From the NCBI GenBank assembly GCA_903933735.1, contig CAIZLB010000006.1, forward strand, positions 3,750 through 67,749: a stretch of 64,000 nucleotides of DNA, given 5' to 3'. Shown in pieces: positions 1-10,758 of this stretch. The position numbers and the translations under genes were made by a program. The stretch is from an uncultured bacterium (GTDB lineage: Bacteria > Patescibacteriota > Minisyncoccia > Phycocordibacterales > CAIZLB01). Every line of letters begins with the position of its first letter. Position 1 is the stretch's first letter. Under the pieces are notes generated by a model. It saw nothing but the letters and a program-made list of their open reading frames with translations, was not told the origin of the DNA and did no database searches.

Positions 1-8
1 CTAAAAAA

Positions 9-725
9 GTGTTATTTATAAACGAAACTAATTCTGATGTTAGGATAGTTAAAAATACTAGAATAGATGTAGGTGGTTCAACTTATTATTTAGATAAAGA
101 TATAAATATAAAAAAAGGTGATAAGACCTCAACTTCAACAGCTTCAACTACTCCAAAATACAGAGTTATAGGTTTTAAAGGTTCTGATAAATATGAAAAG
201 TTTTATGCTGTAGATTATACTAGCGACAGTACAGAAACGATTCCTATTGCCAATGACGGTAAAAATTCTCCATCAAGTGATCTATTGTCACTTATACCAG
301 AAAATTTTATACCTCTAAAGAAAAATTATATTTTTGATAAAAAAATAAATCAAACAGCTTTAGTTGTTGTTGATAAAAGAGATTTTGAAAGAGTTTTGGC
401 AAATAATAGTAAGCTAATACAAGAGTATATCAAGGTCTTTAAACCCATATCAGATTTGGTGGGATATGAAATCAATATTGATGATTATGAATTACAACTT
501 GATGGGGAAACTGGGTTACCTATATCTTTCAAGAATCTCAATCTGGAAATAATTCCAAAGATTAAAAAAGATAAAGTTGCTTCTATTTTCAAGGGTTTTT
601 CAAAAACTACGATGAAAGAGATAAAAGTTGGTGTACAAAAATATCTAAATATGGAAGTTAAATATTCTCCATTTTGGATGAGTAAAGTATCTGATGAAAA
701 CTATATAAGTGTGGAGGTTAAATAG
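9..725 (+). CDS. hypothetical protein (possibly 5'-truncated by window edge)
   Basis: Long ORF starting near window edge; no recognisable motifs. Confidence 0.4.
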   Translation: MLFINETNSDVRIVKNTRIDVGGSTYYLDKDINIKKGDKTSTSTASTTPKYRVIGFKGSDKYEKFYAVDYTSDSTETIPIANDGKNSPSSDLLSLIPENFIPLKKNYIFDKKINQTALVVVDKRDFERVLANNSKLIQEYIKVFKPISDLVGYEINIDDYELQLDGETGLPISFKNLNLEIIPKIKKDKVASIFKGFSKTTMKEIKVGVQKYLNMEVKYSPFWMSKVSDENYISVEVK

Positions 726-746
726 GTTTTATGTTAATATCATGTC

Positions 747-2006
747 ATGAGACATACAAATATATTTACTAAGACACGTAAAGAATCTCCAAAAGATGAA
801 CTAGCTAAAAACGCCCAGATTCTTATAAAAGCAGGTTTTGTTCATAAAGAGATGGCCGGAGTCTATGCCTATATGCCTTTTGGTTTAAAGGTTTTGGAAA
901 ATATTAAAAAGATCGCTCGAGATGAGATGAGTAAAGTTTCAGGCCAGGAGATGATTATGGCCTCTCTTCAGAAAAAAGAGATATGGGAATCTACCGATAG
1001 ATGGGATGATAAAAACGTAGATATCTGGTTTAAGAGTCAACTTAAGAATGGTACAGATATCGGTTTCGCTTGGTCACATGAGGAACCTATAACAGAGATG
1101 ATGAAAAACTTTATAGTTTCTTATAAAGATTTACCTATATATACATATCAATTCCAAACAAAGATGCGTAATGAGCTTCGTGCCAAAAGTGGTATTATGC
1201 GAGGTCGTGAGTTTTTGATGAAAGACTTGTATTCTTATTCATCATCTGATGAGGAACATGAGACTTTCTATCATAACATGATAACCGCTTATTTAAGTTT
1301 CTATAAACGATGTGGTTTAGGTGATGATACTTATGTTACCGTAGCTGCCGGTGGGGTATTTACTAAAAATATCTCTCATGAGTTTCAAACTATATGTGAT
1401 GCTGGTGAAGATATAATATATATAGATAGAGAAAATAATATAGTTTACAATGAAGAGGCTATAGATGCATCTTTGGTTGATAAGAATAAATTAGAAAAAC
1501 ATAAAACAGCTGAAGTTGGAAACATTTTCTCTTTTGGTGGTGAAAAATGTGAACGCATGGGACTTCTGTTTATGGATAAAGATGGCGAAAAGAAACCTGT
1601 GATACTTGGTTCATATGGTATCGGAATCACTCGTGTTATGGGTGTCATAGTTGAAAAATATGCTGATGAAAAAGGACTTGTGTGGCCTAAGAACATCTCT
1701 CCATTTGATATAGAGATAGTCTCTTTGTTTAAAGAAGAAGGTGATAATGTACATAAAGAATCTGAGAAAATTCATAATAATCTTAAAGATAAATATGAAG
1801 TTTTATATGATGATAGGTTAATGCCTATAGTAGCTAAGATGCAAGATGCTGATCTTTATGGTGTGCCACTGCAGATTATTATTGGTGAAAAAACTTTGGA
1901 TAAAGATATGGTCCAGATTAAGAATAGACAAAATGGGGAAGTTGTGGAGGTAGGGTTGATGGATGTGGAGAAAGGGTTGGAAGAGATGGGGAGAGGGTTG
2001 TTTTAG
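747..2006 (+). CDS. proS: prolyl-tRNA synthetase (short form, no editing insertion)
   Basis: Class II aaRS motifs; strong similarity pattern to bacterial ProRS (AGFVHKEMAGVYAYMPFG; LPIYTYQFQTKMRNELRAKSGIMRGREFLMKD; C-terminal anticodon-binding GIGITRVMG). Confidence 0.9.
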   Translation: MRHTNIFTKTRKESPKDELAKNAQILIKAGFVHKEMAGVYAYMPFGLKVLENIKKIARDEMSKVSGQEMIMASLQKKEIWESTDRWDDKNVDIWFKSQLKNGTDIGFAWSHEEPITEMMKNFIVSYKDLPIYTYQFQTKMRNELRAKSGIMRGREFLMKDLYSYSSSDEEHETFYHNMITAYLSFYKRCGLGDDTYVTVAAGGVFTKNISHEFQTICDAGEDIIYIDRENNIVYNEEAIDASLVDKNKLEKHKTAEVGNIFSFGGEKCERMGLLFMDKDGEKKPVILGSYGIGITRVMGVIVEKYADEKGLVWPKNISPFDIEIVSLFKEEGDNVHKESEKIHNNLKDKYEVLYDDRLMPIVAKMQDADLYGVPLQIIIGEKTLDKDMVQIKNRQNGEVVEVGLMDVEKGLEEMGRGLF

Positions 2007-2026
2007 AAAAATGATACAAAAAGAAA

Positions 2027-2061
2027 ACCCCAGGCACATACGCTTTCGCGCGTGGCTGGGG
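2027..2061. terminator. GC-rich hairpin between convergent genes (T-run on minus strand)
   Basis: ccccaggcac...gtggctgggg inverted repeat; ttttcttt on minus strand. Confidence 0.5.
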
Positions 2062-2084
2062 TTGGAAGGTTCAAATTACATGGA

Positions 2085-2861
2085 TTACTTTACCATGATT
2101 ATTTTTTTCTCATTCGGGTTAATGTGACCGAATGCTAAGGTGTGTACTGAATTTATATGAGCTGTATTTGGGTTGAAACGATAGTCGATTATCTGAGGGT
2201 GTATCGTTTTATAAATAGGCCCAACCATACCACCAGGACCTCTTCTTCTGATTTCTGTATATGGAATTTGTATGTCACCTTCTCTTGTCATTAGCGGTGT
2301 AGGAAGGCCGATGAAGTATGACCCACACTGCTCTTTAGTGCCTAGTTCTAAAGTGGCCCTTAATCCGTTGAAAAGATCGCATGGGTATAAATCAAAATCC
2401 TCAGCGGCAAGTTCAAGGAATTGTTCATATGTGAATGTTTTACGTTGTTCTTCCGTTTTGAGAATATCGGTGATGCGAACTGTGACTACCTCGCCCTCGC
2501 CGTTTCCGCGAACTGATGGGAGGTAGGTTGATATTCGTGAATAAGAAAAAATGTCTTCAAACAATTCTATAAGTGTCCGATCAATTTCAAATCCTATTGC
2601 GATTAACTTATCGACCTCTCGTAAGAGGGCAACGTTCTTATCTTCGTCAGGAACGGTTTGATTCGTGCAGATTCGGGTAAATGAAATAAAAGGATTTTCA
2701 CCTCTATCCCATCTTCTGAGGGATTCATAGAAATGTCCTTGCCGATCTCCTGTTATCAGCTTGCTGATTACACTCCCGAGTAGTTTTGCAACTTTATCGG
2801 GTTGTAGTGTTGTGGCAGTTGCTGCTACGGTTACTTGTACTTGTGGTTTCTGAGCATTCAT
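2085..2861 (-). CDS. hypothetical protein, higher-GC islet gene
   Basis: 258-aa ORF in locally GC-richer segment; no recognised domain. Confidence 0.45.
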   Translation of the reverse strand: MNAQKPQVQVTVAATATTLQPDKVAKLLGSVISKLITGDRQGHFYESLRRWDRGENPFISFTRICTNQTVPDEDKNVALLREVDKLIAIGFEIDRTLIELFEDIFSYSRISTYLPSVRGNGEGEVVTVRITDILKTEEQRKTFTYEQFLELAAEDFDLYPCDLFNGLRATLELGTKEQCGSYFIGLPTPLMTREGDIQIPYTEIRRRGPGGMVGPIYKTIHPQIIDYRFNPNTAHINSVHTLAFGHINPNEKKIIMVK

Positions 2862-3002
2862 TTGGTCAGTTACTTTTGTTGTTATTGTGCTTTATCGGCC
2901 GGAGACCGTCGTGGCGTCAGGTCGATATATACAAGATAACAATTTTATATATTTTGTCAACATCTCCCAAAAATCAAAATAGTATGCTAATATACTTGAT
3001 AT

Positions 3003-3224
3003 ATGTCAAATCAAGATAAAGAAGATAAGATAATTCTAAACGGAATAGTGATAGAGTCATTACCTGATACTCATTTTCGTGTGCAGCTCGAAGACAATGC
3101 TGTTTTACTTGCCTATATGAGTGGAAAGATGAAATACAATCGTATACGTATATATGTTGGAGATAAAGTAGAGATAGAACTGGATAGTTACGGTGGAAAA
3201 CCAAAAATCATCAGAAGAAAATAA
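3003..3224 (+). CDS. infA: translation initiation factor IF-1
   Basis: 73 aa; S1-like IF-1 pattern GIVIESLPDTHFRVQLEDNAVLLAYMSGKMK..IRIYVGDKVEIEL. Confidence 0.9.
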   Translation: MSNQDKEDKIILNGIVIESLPDTHFRVQLEDNAVLLAYMSGKMKYNRIRIYVGDKVEIELDSYGGKPKIIRRK

Positions 3225-3248
3225 AAATTGTCTCATATATGATATAAT

Positions 3249-4541
3249 ATGATTATTATGCGTCATAGATTTTTATCTGTATTTCTAATAGTTATGTTTG
3301 TATTTGTAAATTTTCCTATATACAGTATCTACGCTGAAGATACAGCTGAACAACTACAGCAAAAGATAAACGAAAGGTCTGATCTCATAAAAAAACTAGA
3401 TCAAGAGATAAAATTATACAGTGATTTAGCTGATAAGACATCAAAGGAAGCTCAGACTCTGAATAATTATATAAAGACATTAGATAATCAGGTTAAGGCA
3501 ACTACTCTAGATATAAAAAAGAGTCAAAATTCTATAGATAAAACCAATCTCGAGATTAAGAAAATTTCAAATGAAATAGTTGGAAATGAGGAGAAAATTA
3601 TGAGACTTAGAAATGGTATAAGAGAAAGTATTGTAAATCAATATACATTGGACAATACCAGTATCGTTGAGAACTTTTTGGCTGATAAAAATATATTATC
3701 TTCAGTTAAAGAAATAGAATTTTTAGGAATAATTCAATCTAGAATAGATAGTAATATAAAAGAGATTACTCAAGTTAAAAAAGATCTAGAGGTAAATAAG
3801 ACTGATGAACAGATAAAAAAAGAAGAATTAGAAAAAGAAAAGAAAGGTCTTACAACCAAACAAACATCTTTAAACATAGTTAAAGAGGAGCAAAAAAAAG
3901 AATTAACAATCACCAAAAATCAAGAAAGTACTTATAATAAACTCTTAGCAGATAGAAAGAAACAAAAGATCGCTTTTGAGAAAGAAATGTTTGATTACGA
4001 AAATAAATTAAAGTATGTCTTAAACCCAAGCTCTTTCCCAAAATCAGGATCATCGCCACTTGTATGGCCTCTTGAATCTATACGCATAACACAACAATTT
4101 GGTGTTACAAATGCTTCAAGACGTCTATACGCATCTGGATCCCATAATGGCGTTGATTTCGGTGCCAAAGTAGGAACTCCTGTTATGGCTATGGGGGATG
4201 GTGTACTGGTAGCTCAGGGAGACACAGATCTTGTGTGTCGCGGTGTTTCTTTTGGTAAATGGATACTTATAAAATACAATAACGGTTTGGCTTCGACTTA
4301 TGGCCACCTTTCTCAGCTTAACTATAAAACAGGATCAACTGTTAAGAGTGGTGACATAGTGGCATATAGTGGTAATACTGGATACTCAACTGGACCACAT
4401 CTTCATGTTAGTCTTTATCCTGCTGATGCAGTTAACGCAATATCACGTCCAAGTGCATCTTGTCCTGGTGTTAACTTAACTATGCCTGTAGCCCCTGTCA
4501 ATGCATATCTTGACCCTTTAGCTTATATGCCTAAGTTATAA
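3249..4541 (+). CDS. M23 family peptidase with N-terminal coiled-coil (EnvC/NlpD-like murein hydrolase)
   Basis: Signal/TM N-terminus, long coiled-coil, C-terminal LytM motifs HNGVDFGA...GHLS...GNTGYSTGPHLH. Confidence 0.8.
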   Translation: MIIMRHRFLSVFLIVMFVFVNFPIYSIYAEDTAEQLQQKINERSDLIKKLDQEIKLYSDLADKTSKEAQTLNNYIKTLDNQVKATTLDIKKSQNSIDKTNLEIKKISNEIVGNEEKIMRLRNGIRESIVNQYTLDNTSIVENFLADKNILSSVKEIEFLGIIQSRIDSNIKEITQVKKDLEVNKTDEQIKKEELEKEKKGLTTKQTSLNIVKEEQKKELTITKNQESTYNKLLADRKKQKIAFEKEMFDYENKLKYVLNPSSFPKSGSSPLVWPLESIRITQQFGVTNASRRLYASGSHNGVDFGAKVGTPVMAMGDGVLVAQGDTDLVCRGVSFGKWILIKYNNGLASTYGHLSQLNYKTGSTVKSGDIVAYSGNTGYSTGPHLHVSLYPADAVNAISRPSASCPGVNLTMPVAPVNAYLDPLAYMPKL

Positions 4542-4542
4542 T

Positions 4543-4589
4543 AAAAAACAACAACATGACAACCCTTCCTGGGGATTAAGTCATGTTGT
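4543..4589. terminator. bidirectional hairpin terminator
   Basis: 10-bp stem acaacatgac/gtcatgttgt; T-run on minus strand (tgttttttat). Confidence 0.45.
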
Positions 4590-4616
4590 GTAAAGTGTCG
4601 GTGAGAATTTTTCATC

Positions 4617-4967
4617 TTAATTATAGTTCGGACTGCGCAGTTTACGCACATGATCAAGGCTATCTGCCTCGATATGTATATCGAATTCTGAGCCGTCTGT
4701 ATGGCCCAGTGTCACAATCACGTGTCTTGTTAATGTATCACTTTCTATACTCATTAGATTTGCATAACGAGTACTTCTTGTCTCATTACCTATGTAAATA
4801 TCACCTCGTTGGTCAAAAGACAAAGTCATAAAATCTAAAACATTAGGAATCCATCCCTGATGAATATCATGTTTCCTACCTAATGGTGATACTTTATGTC
4901 TGAATACGTATCGAATATCGAATCTCGCTACAAAATTCTCCTCTATTTGTTGTGGTTTGTCCGTCAT
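4617..4967 (-). CDS. hypothetical protein
   Basis: 116-aa ORF, somewhat GC-richer than surroundings; no recognised motif. Confidence 0.4.
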   Translation of the reverse strand: MTDKPQQIEENFVARFDIRYVFRHKVSPLGRKHDIHQGWIPNVLDFMTLSFDQRGDIYIGNETRSTRYANLMSIESDTLTRHVIVTLGHTDGSEFDIHIEADSLDHVRKLRSPNYN

Positions 4968-5063
4968 AGTCTTTCGGGGTTCGACTCAACAACAATATAA
5001 TATTTAACCTATAAAGTAAATATACTCCAAAAATATTGACATATATGATATGATTCTAACAAT

Positions 5064-6158
5064 ATGAGTAAAGATTATTATAAGACACTGGGGGTTGATA
5101 AAAACGCCTCACAAGATGAGATAAAGAAAGCTTTTCGTAAACTAGCCTTAGAACATCATCCTGATAAAACAGGTGGTGATGACAAACATTTTAAGGAGGT
5201 TAACGAGGCTTACAGTACTTTATCTGATCCTAAGAAAAGACAGCAATATGACACTTTCGGTTCTGCTGGACCACAAGGTGGTGGATACAACCCTGGTGCC
5301 GGTCAAGGTTTTGATGGTTTTGATTTTTCTGGTTTTGGCGGACAGGGAGGTGGTGAAGAGTTTGATCTGGGAGATATCTTTGGATCTTTCTTTGGTGGTG
5401 GTCAAAGGGGTAGAGGTAGATCTTCAGGCCAAAGGTCTGGACAGAAAAAAGGTCAAGACATCGCTGTCAACCTACAGATATCTTTTAAGGACTCACTCCT
5501 CGGTGTTGATAAAACTATAGAATACAATAGACATGTAGAGTGTCATACATGTCATGGAAAAAAGGGTACAGATTTTAAAAAATGTATTCATTGTGACGGT
5601 AAGGGTCATGTTACAAAAGTTCAGAGAACTATTTTGGGAAACATGGAACAGCAATATGTCTGTGATCATTGCGATGGATTAGGTCAAATTCCCAGTAAAA
5701 AATGTTCTACCTGTCATGGTGAAGGAATAATAAAACAAAAAGAATCATTAACAGTTCATATACCATCAGGTATAGAAAATGGTGAGCAACTTCGAGTTGC
5801 AGGAAGAGGTGAATCTGTGGCAGGAGGTGTAGCTGGTAATCTTTATATACAGATAAGTATTAAGACAGACCTTACTTTTAGAAAAGATAGAACTAGGGTT
5901 TTCATGACTTTGCATATACCTTTATCTGTTGCTATAGGCGGTGGAGATGTGAAGGTCAACTCTTATGATCAAGATTTTACATTGACAGTACCACAAGGTT
6001 CAGCTACTGGTGATATACTAAGAGCAAGAGAAAAAGGTGGATTTATGGATAATAAAAAAAGAGATGACATGCATATAACTTTAAAAGTTGATATGCCAAA
6101 AAAAGTTGGTGGTGAGGTGAAGGATATTATAGAAAAATTGAAGAAGTTAGGTTATTAG
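5064..6158 (+). CDS. dnaJ: chaperone DnaJ
   Basis: J domain with HPD (DYYKTLGV...HHPDK), Gly/Phe-rich linker, four CxxCxGxG zinc-finger repeats. Confidence 0.92.
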   Translation: MSKDYYKTLGVDKNASQDEIKKAFRKLALEHHPDKTGGDDKHFKEVNEAYSTLSDPKKRQQYDTFGSAGPQGGGYNPGAGQGFDGFDFSGFGGQGGGEEFDLGDIFGSFFGGGQRGRGRSSGQRSGQKKGQDIAVNLQISFKDSLLGVDKTIEYNRHVECHTCHGKKGTDFKKCIHCDGKGHVTKVQRTILGNMEQQYVCDHCDGLGQIPSKKCSTCHGEGIIKQKESLTVHIPSGIENGEQLRVAGRGESVAGGVAGNLYIQISIKTDLTFRKDRTRVFMTLHIPLSVAIGGGDVKVNSYDQDFTLTVPQGSATGDILRAREKGGFMDNKKRDDMHITLKVDMPKKVGGEVKDIIEKLKKLGY

Positions 6159-6264
6159 TAATTTTATTTATGGAATGAGTTTCTTCGCAGACCTTTTGTC
6201 TTAGACAAAAGGTCGAGGACTGAAACGAGTGAAATAAATAAAATTATTTGATACAATATACTAT

Positions 6265-6744
6265 ATGCAATATTTAACATTATACATAGTATTACTTGTG
6301 TTAATTTTACTTTCTTTTTTACGTGGCAAAGATCATTTATTCAAAATAATAATTATGGTTTATCCAACCATAGTTATATACAAATCAGTTGTAGAATATT
6401 TCACTTCTAAGAAAATAGATGCACTTTTTGGATCAAATGTTTTTATAAATAATCTCGTAGTATTTTTATTGATACTTATACCGGTCTATATGGTTATGAT
6501 GAGAATGATAGAGACTTTTAGGGTACATCGAAACCTTCGTGGTGTATCGGAGTCGGTATTGTTGTCTTTGGGCATAGTATTACTTACTATAGGTATATGT
6601 TTTCATATATTGCCAGATAAGGATGTTTTTAACCTAGATAAACCTTTCGAGGTCTTTTTTCAAAGCAATCTAGGTTATTTAACTTGTATGATAATACCTA
6701 TGGTTTCAGTGTTTTTGATGAGTAAGAGAAAGTTTGATATATAA
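6265..6744 (+). CDS. hypothetical membrane protein
   Basis: Multiple hydrophobic segments. Confidence 0.5.
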   Translation: MQYLTLYIVLLVLILLSFLRGKDHLFKIIIMVYPTIVIYKSVVEYFTSKKIDALFGSNVFINNLVVFLLILIPVYMVMMRMIETFRVHRNLRGVSESVLLSLGIVLLTIGICFHILPDKDVFNLDKPFEVFFQSNLGYLTCMIIPMVSVFLMSKRKFDI

Positions 6745-6784
6745 TCTTGCTTTTCCCTTAAAAATAAGCTATATTGTATGAATT

Positions 6785-7138
6785 ATGCCAACAATTAAAG
6801 AAATAAAGGAAAAAAACACAGGACCACAAGCTGTTATAAAAACAGGTGGTAAACAATACCGTGTTCAAGCTGGAGACACTCTTAAAGTTGAAAAACTAGG
6901 TGATGATTTTAAAGTAGGTGATTCTGTATCATTTGATATGGTTTTACTTAAAGATGATGGATCAACTATCACCCTAGGAACACCTACTATAAAAGGTTCT
7001 GTTGTTACAGCTACTATTACAGATATAGCTCGTCATGCAAAAGTGGTGGTAGGAAAGTTTAAACAAAAAAGTAAATATTTTGTTAAGAATGGTCACAAAC
7101 AACCTTACTTTGCAGTGAAGATAGAGGATATAAAATAG
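6785..7138 (+). CDS. rplU: 50S ribosomal protein L21
   Basis: AVIKTGGKQYRVQAGDTLKVEKL pattern typical of bL21. Confidence 0.88.
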   Translation: MPTIKEIKEKNTGPQAVIKTGGKQYRVQAGDTLKVEKLGDDFKVGDSVSFDMVLLKDDGSTITLGTPTIKGSVVTATITDIARHAKVVVGKFKQKSKYFVKNGHKQPYFAVKIEDIK

Positions 7139-7143
7139 ATATT

Positions 7144-7175
7144 AAAAAAATCACCCGAGAGGGTGTTTTTTTTGT
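7144..7175. terminator. intrinsic terminator after rplU
   Basis: caccc-gaga-gggtg hairpin followed by T8; A-run upstream makes it bidirectional. Confidence 0.7.
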
Positions 7176-7182
7176 TATAGGT

Positions 7183-7590
7183 TTAGTAGACTAATTTTCC
7201 ACCACTTTCTTTAATCCTTTTTCTCAGTTTTTCATCAAATGTTAGGATGTGATAGTTGTTCGATAAGTATAGTAATAAAACATCTACATAAGATAATCCG
7301 TCTTTATATTCTCTTATAAATAGGTTTAATATATCACGATTATTTTCATAGAAAAGTTTTATGGTTATGTTTAAACTATCTGTTGCAAATATATTAAATT
7401 CTCTTAACAGATCGGTGTTTTTTATTTTATTCTTTAATATAGTTAAAGATTCATAGAATATCAGATCTGGCATTATTTGTTCTTCCAGTAATATTTTTTC
7501 AAAAGACATGGCTTTTTTATGATTACTATCTTCGTGATTAAATAAAGAAATCCAAACACTGGAATCAACTATTATATTTTTAGATTCCAT
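7183..7590 (-). CDS. vapC: PIN-domain ribonuclease toxin (VapC-like)
   Basis: N-terminal IVDSSVWISLF with conserved acidic residues typical of PIN; overlaps the upstream small ORF by 11 nt. Confidence 0.75.
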   Translation of the reverse strand: MESKNIIVDSSVWISLFNHEDSNHKKAMSFEKILLEEQIMPDLIFYESLTILKNKIKNTDLLREFNIFATDSLNITIKLFYENNRDILNLFIREYKDGLSYVDVLLLYLSNNYHILTFDEKLRKRIKESGGKLVY

Positions 7591-7852
7591 ATACTATTTT
7601 ATCTATATTTTTACTTAAATTTTTACCACCCTTAAAGAATAATGGTTTGAAATCATCCATAGTAAACCTTCTTTTGTTTTTCTTGTCATCAGCGGGAGAT
7701 AAAACCACCTCATCATTGTCTTGGTTGGTTATAATTATCCTCTCACCTGTGAGTTTAACCTCGTTATTATATATCTTATAATTGCGAATATACTCACGTA
7801 TGGATATACGTTTTACATTGTCTTGTGTAAATGTGATAGTTTTTGTATTCAT
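7580..7852 (-). CDS. putative antitoxin of PIN toxin
   Basis: 90-aa ORF immediately upstream of and overlapping PIN gene; operon position typical of VapB/Phd antitoxins. Confidence 0.5.
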   Translation of the reverse strand: MNTKTITFTQDNVKRISIREYIRNYKIYNNEVKLTGERIIITNQDNDEVVLSPADDKKNKRRFTMDDFKPLFFKGGKNLSKNIDKIVYGI

Positions 7853-7880
7853 GTTTATATATTATAAAAAATTTAAAGAT

Positions 7881-7910
7881 ATGTCAAACATATTGTATGA
7901 CATTGACATT
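7881..7910. promoter_or_regulatory. palindromic operator-like element in toxin-antitoxin promoter region
   Basis: ATGTCA-n10-ATGACAT followed by tandem TGACAT, directly upstream of antitoxin start. Confidence 0.35.
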
Positions 7911-8013
7911 ATCTCTCATATTATTATACTTACAAACAGCTGTTCTAAAGAGGTGATTTGAATGTCATCCACCTGAGGCATCCCGTCCAGGTTCATGGAT
8001 AGCAAAACGCACA

Positions 8014-8679
8014 ATGACAACAACGACAGATAGATGTAAATCATTCGGTATGATCTCTAGGCCAAAAGTTTGGCGACGGACCATCGTACGATATCACCCA
8101 AGTGGTAATGGTATCTTGTACGACATGACAAAACTATGTTTTGGGGTGAATGATGGTGGAACTGCTAATATTTCATTACGTAAGGATATCAAAGCAGTGT
8201 CCTTACCTAGAAATATGGCGGTGATTAATCTTGAATTTACCGCTTATTGTGATTGTATAATCTCAACAATTCCATATTCTATTTTGGCTAGTATTCGAGA
8301 AATTCTCGTGAAATCTTTAAACATGAATGGGTATCTTCCTCATGATTATTATTGTATTCAAGAATGTCAGAATGGCATTTTATATAGATTTTCCATCTTC
8401 ATCAAACTCGGCAATCAAAGCTTTCTGAAAAAAGTAACCTCTATAGTTGACTATATAAAACAATCACTAGGTTGTCTGCCCGAAGGGTTCCTTAGAAGTG
8501 ATAATAATGATTTTATCATTGAAACAGCAGAACTTCACCGCCATAGGCTAATGAATGATTTGTGGGTTTATATCAGCTTCTCTGATTGGTTTAAGATCCA
8601 AGAGGGGTATTATCCTCAAGGTCATGTCGTAAAATCCTATCGACTCATGCCTCAACCAGATCGATTTAACGAATTCTGA
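8014..8679 (+). CDS. hypothetical protein, higher-GC islet gene
   Basis: 221-aa ORF, Cys-rich, no recognised domain. Confidence 0.45.
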   Translation: MTTTTDRCKSFGMISRPKVWRRTIVRYHPSGNGILYDMTKLCFGVNDGGTANISLRKDIKAVSLPRNMAVINLEFTAYCDCIISTIPYSILASIREILVKSLNMNGYLPHDYYCIQECQNGILYRFSIFIKLGNQSFLKKVTSIVDYIKQSLGCLPEGFLRSDNNDFIIETAELHRHRLMNDLWVYISFSDWFKIQEGYYPQGHVVKSYRLMPQPDRFNEF

Positions 8680-8736
8680 TTCTTCTTTTGTCTTTTTTCA
8701 TCGCTTCACTGATTCAACTCGGTGCAGCGATTTCTT

Positions 8737-9333
8737 TTATCTCCTAAACTTCAATGCTTCTCTAAGTGTCTCTTGATCCGCATATTCTATTTCTGACCCT
8801 GTAGATATTCCACGACCTAAAAGCGAGATCTTTATCTCTGGGAATTTGCGACCTAGATTATCTTTCAATATCTTGATCGTATAATCACCATCAGAAGTTG
8901 CATTCAATGCAAGTATAACTTCTTCAAGTCCCTGCATTGTCATATTTTCAATCCTTTTATATAACCTATCAAAATCAACATATTCATGAGCCTTCTCAGA
9001 AAATAGCGGAATATATTTTCCAAGAATAAAATACTGTCCATTATAGGCTAAAGTTTTTTCAAATATTTCTATATCATTGTCATAAGCTAATATCAGCAGA
9101 TTTTTATTTTCTCTAGTTTTCGAACAGATATTACATTTGTCTGTGTTTTTATAATTTATATATTTTCTATTACAAGCTACACAGGTGATAACTTTATTGT
9201 TTACGCTGTGTATTCCTTCTATTAATTCTTGTCTATAACTATTATTACTATGCATTAAAAAAGAGACAAATCTTTTTGCTTGTCTTGGACCTATGCCGGG
9301 AAATTTTTTAAATAATTCTATAAGTTCTTCCAT
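8737..9333 (-). CDS. recR: recombination protein RecR
   Basis: HhH motif FPGIGPRQAKRF, C4 zinc finger (CVACN...CNIC), Toprim domain. Confidence 0.88.
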   Translation of the reverse strand: MEELIELFKKFPGIGPRQAKRFVSFLMHSNNSYRQELIEGIHSVNNKVITCVACNRKYINYKNTDKCNICSKTRENKNLLILAYDNDIEIFEKTLAYNGQYFILGKYIPLFSEKAHEYVDFDRLYKRIENMTMQGLEEVILALNATSDGDYTIKILKDNLGRKFPEIKISLLGRGISTGSEIEYADQETLREALKFRR

Positions 9334-9356
9334 ATTGATTATATAATCTATATTTT

Positions 9357-10757
9357 TTAACCTTGATCTTCATAATCAGAATAATCACTTTTATCAAGAG
9401 ATAGAAAACATGAATGATCACCATCAAATTTAAGTTTTACGGCACCTGTTGGACCATTTCTGTGCTTCTCTATGAGTATCTCTGCAATATTGTCTCTATC
9501 CACATGATCTTTATATTTGTCTTCTCTGTGAATGAAAACAACAACATCAGCATCCTGCTCAATAGATCCTGAATCACGAAGGTCGGATAATCTTGGTTTT
9601 CCTTGTCTTTTTTCAACATCACGAGAAAGCTGCGATAGAGCGAGTACTGGCACATCAAGCTCACGAGCAAGATGTTTTAATGATCTAGATATCTCAGTTA
9701 TCTGTGATACCATGTTGTCAGAATTTCGACTTTGGGTGGGGGACATAAGTTGTAGATAATCAACCACTATGAGACCAAGTTTTTTCTCGGATTTTATTTT
9801 ACGGGCAGTACTACGCATCTTGATGATATTTGTACCAGCTTGATCATCGATGAATATCGGCGCGTCAGAAAGTTCACCTATACCATGTTGTAATCTTTCA
9901 TATTCTTCTGAATTATTTAGGTTTAATTTTCCGGTTCTAAGTTTCCAAGAGTCAACACGAGAATGAGATGAAATCATTCTATATAAAAGCTGTTGAGAAC
10001 TCATCTCAAGTGAAAATATAAGTACAGGTATCTTATGATCAACAGCCGCGTGACGCGCGATATCCAAGGCTAAAGAAGTTTTACCACAAGATGGACGAGC
10101 GGCTAGTATGATAAGATCTGATTTTTGAAGACCTGAAAGTTTATTATCAAGATCAGGAAAACCTGTCGGTACACCACGAAGCTCATCACCACTGTTATGC
10201 ATCTTGTCGATACTGTCCCATGTCTCAACCAAACCTTCTTTCATGGTTGTTATATGATTTTTGGTTTTCTTTTGAGTTATAGAGAATATTTCTTTTTCTG
10301 CACTATCCAATATCTCCTCAAGATCACCTTGTTCACCATAACCGAGATTACCTATATTTTCAGAAGCATTTATAAGATGCCTCATCATAAACTTTTTTTC
10401 AAGTATACGAGCATAATATTCTATATTACTCGATGATGGCACCATCTGTACAAGTTCAGCCAGATATGAGGCCCCACCAATATTGTCTAGATATCCCATA
10501 TTATCGAGTGTGTTTTTAAGTGATAAATAGTCAACTGGATTACCTTTATTTAATAATTCTATGATACCGGTAAAGATCTTCTTATGTTTTTCACTGTAAA
10601 AACTATCTTCTGTTATTATATCAGCGATCTCAGCATAAGCATCTGGTCTGATCATGATAGATCCAAGCACAGCCTGTTCTGCTTCCAAACTATATGGTGG
10701 TAGCTTTAGATTATGTATAGCAGTTTGTTGTTTGGTGTAATTATTGTTGTTTTTCAT
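9357..10757 (-). CDS. dnaB: replicative DNA helicase DnaB
   Basis: N-terminal PYSLEAEQAVLGSIM, Walker A GARPSCGKTSLALDIA, RecA-like C-terminal domain. Confidence 0.92.
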   Translation of the reverse strand: MKNNNNYTKQQTAIHNLKLPPYSLEAEQAVLGSIMIRPDAYAEIADIITEDSFYSEKHKKIFTGIIELLNKGNPVDYLSLKNTLDNMGYLDNIGGASYLAELVQMVPSSSNIEYYARILEKKFMMRHLINASENIGNLGYGEQGDLEEILDSAEKEIFSITQKKTKNHITTMKEGLVETWDSIDKMHNSGDELRGVPTGFPDLDNKLSGLQKSDLIILAARPSCGKTSLALDIARHAAVDHKIPVLIFSLEMSSQQLLYRMISSHSRVDSWKLRTGKLNLNNSEEYERLQHGIGELSDAPIFIDDQAGTNIIKMRSTARKIKSEKKLGLIVVDYLQLMSPTQSRNSDNMVSQITEISRSLKHLARELDVPVLALSQLSRDVEKRQGKPRLSDLRDSGSIEQDADVVVFIHREDKYKDHVDRDNIAEILIEKHRNGPTGAVKLKFDGDHSCFLSLDKSDYSDYEDQG

Positions 10758-10758
10758 A

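Noticed and set aside
6190-6214. Perfect 11-bp hairpin after dnaJ as an intrinsic terminator
   Set aside because: There is no U-tract on either strand. It may be a processing or regulatory hairpin, but it cannot be called a terminator.
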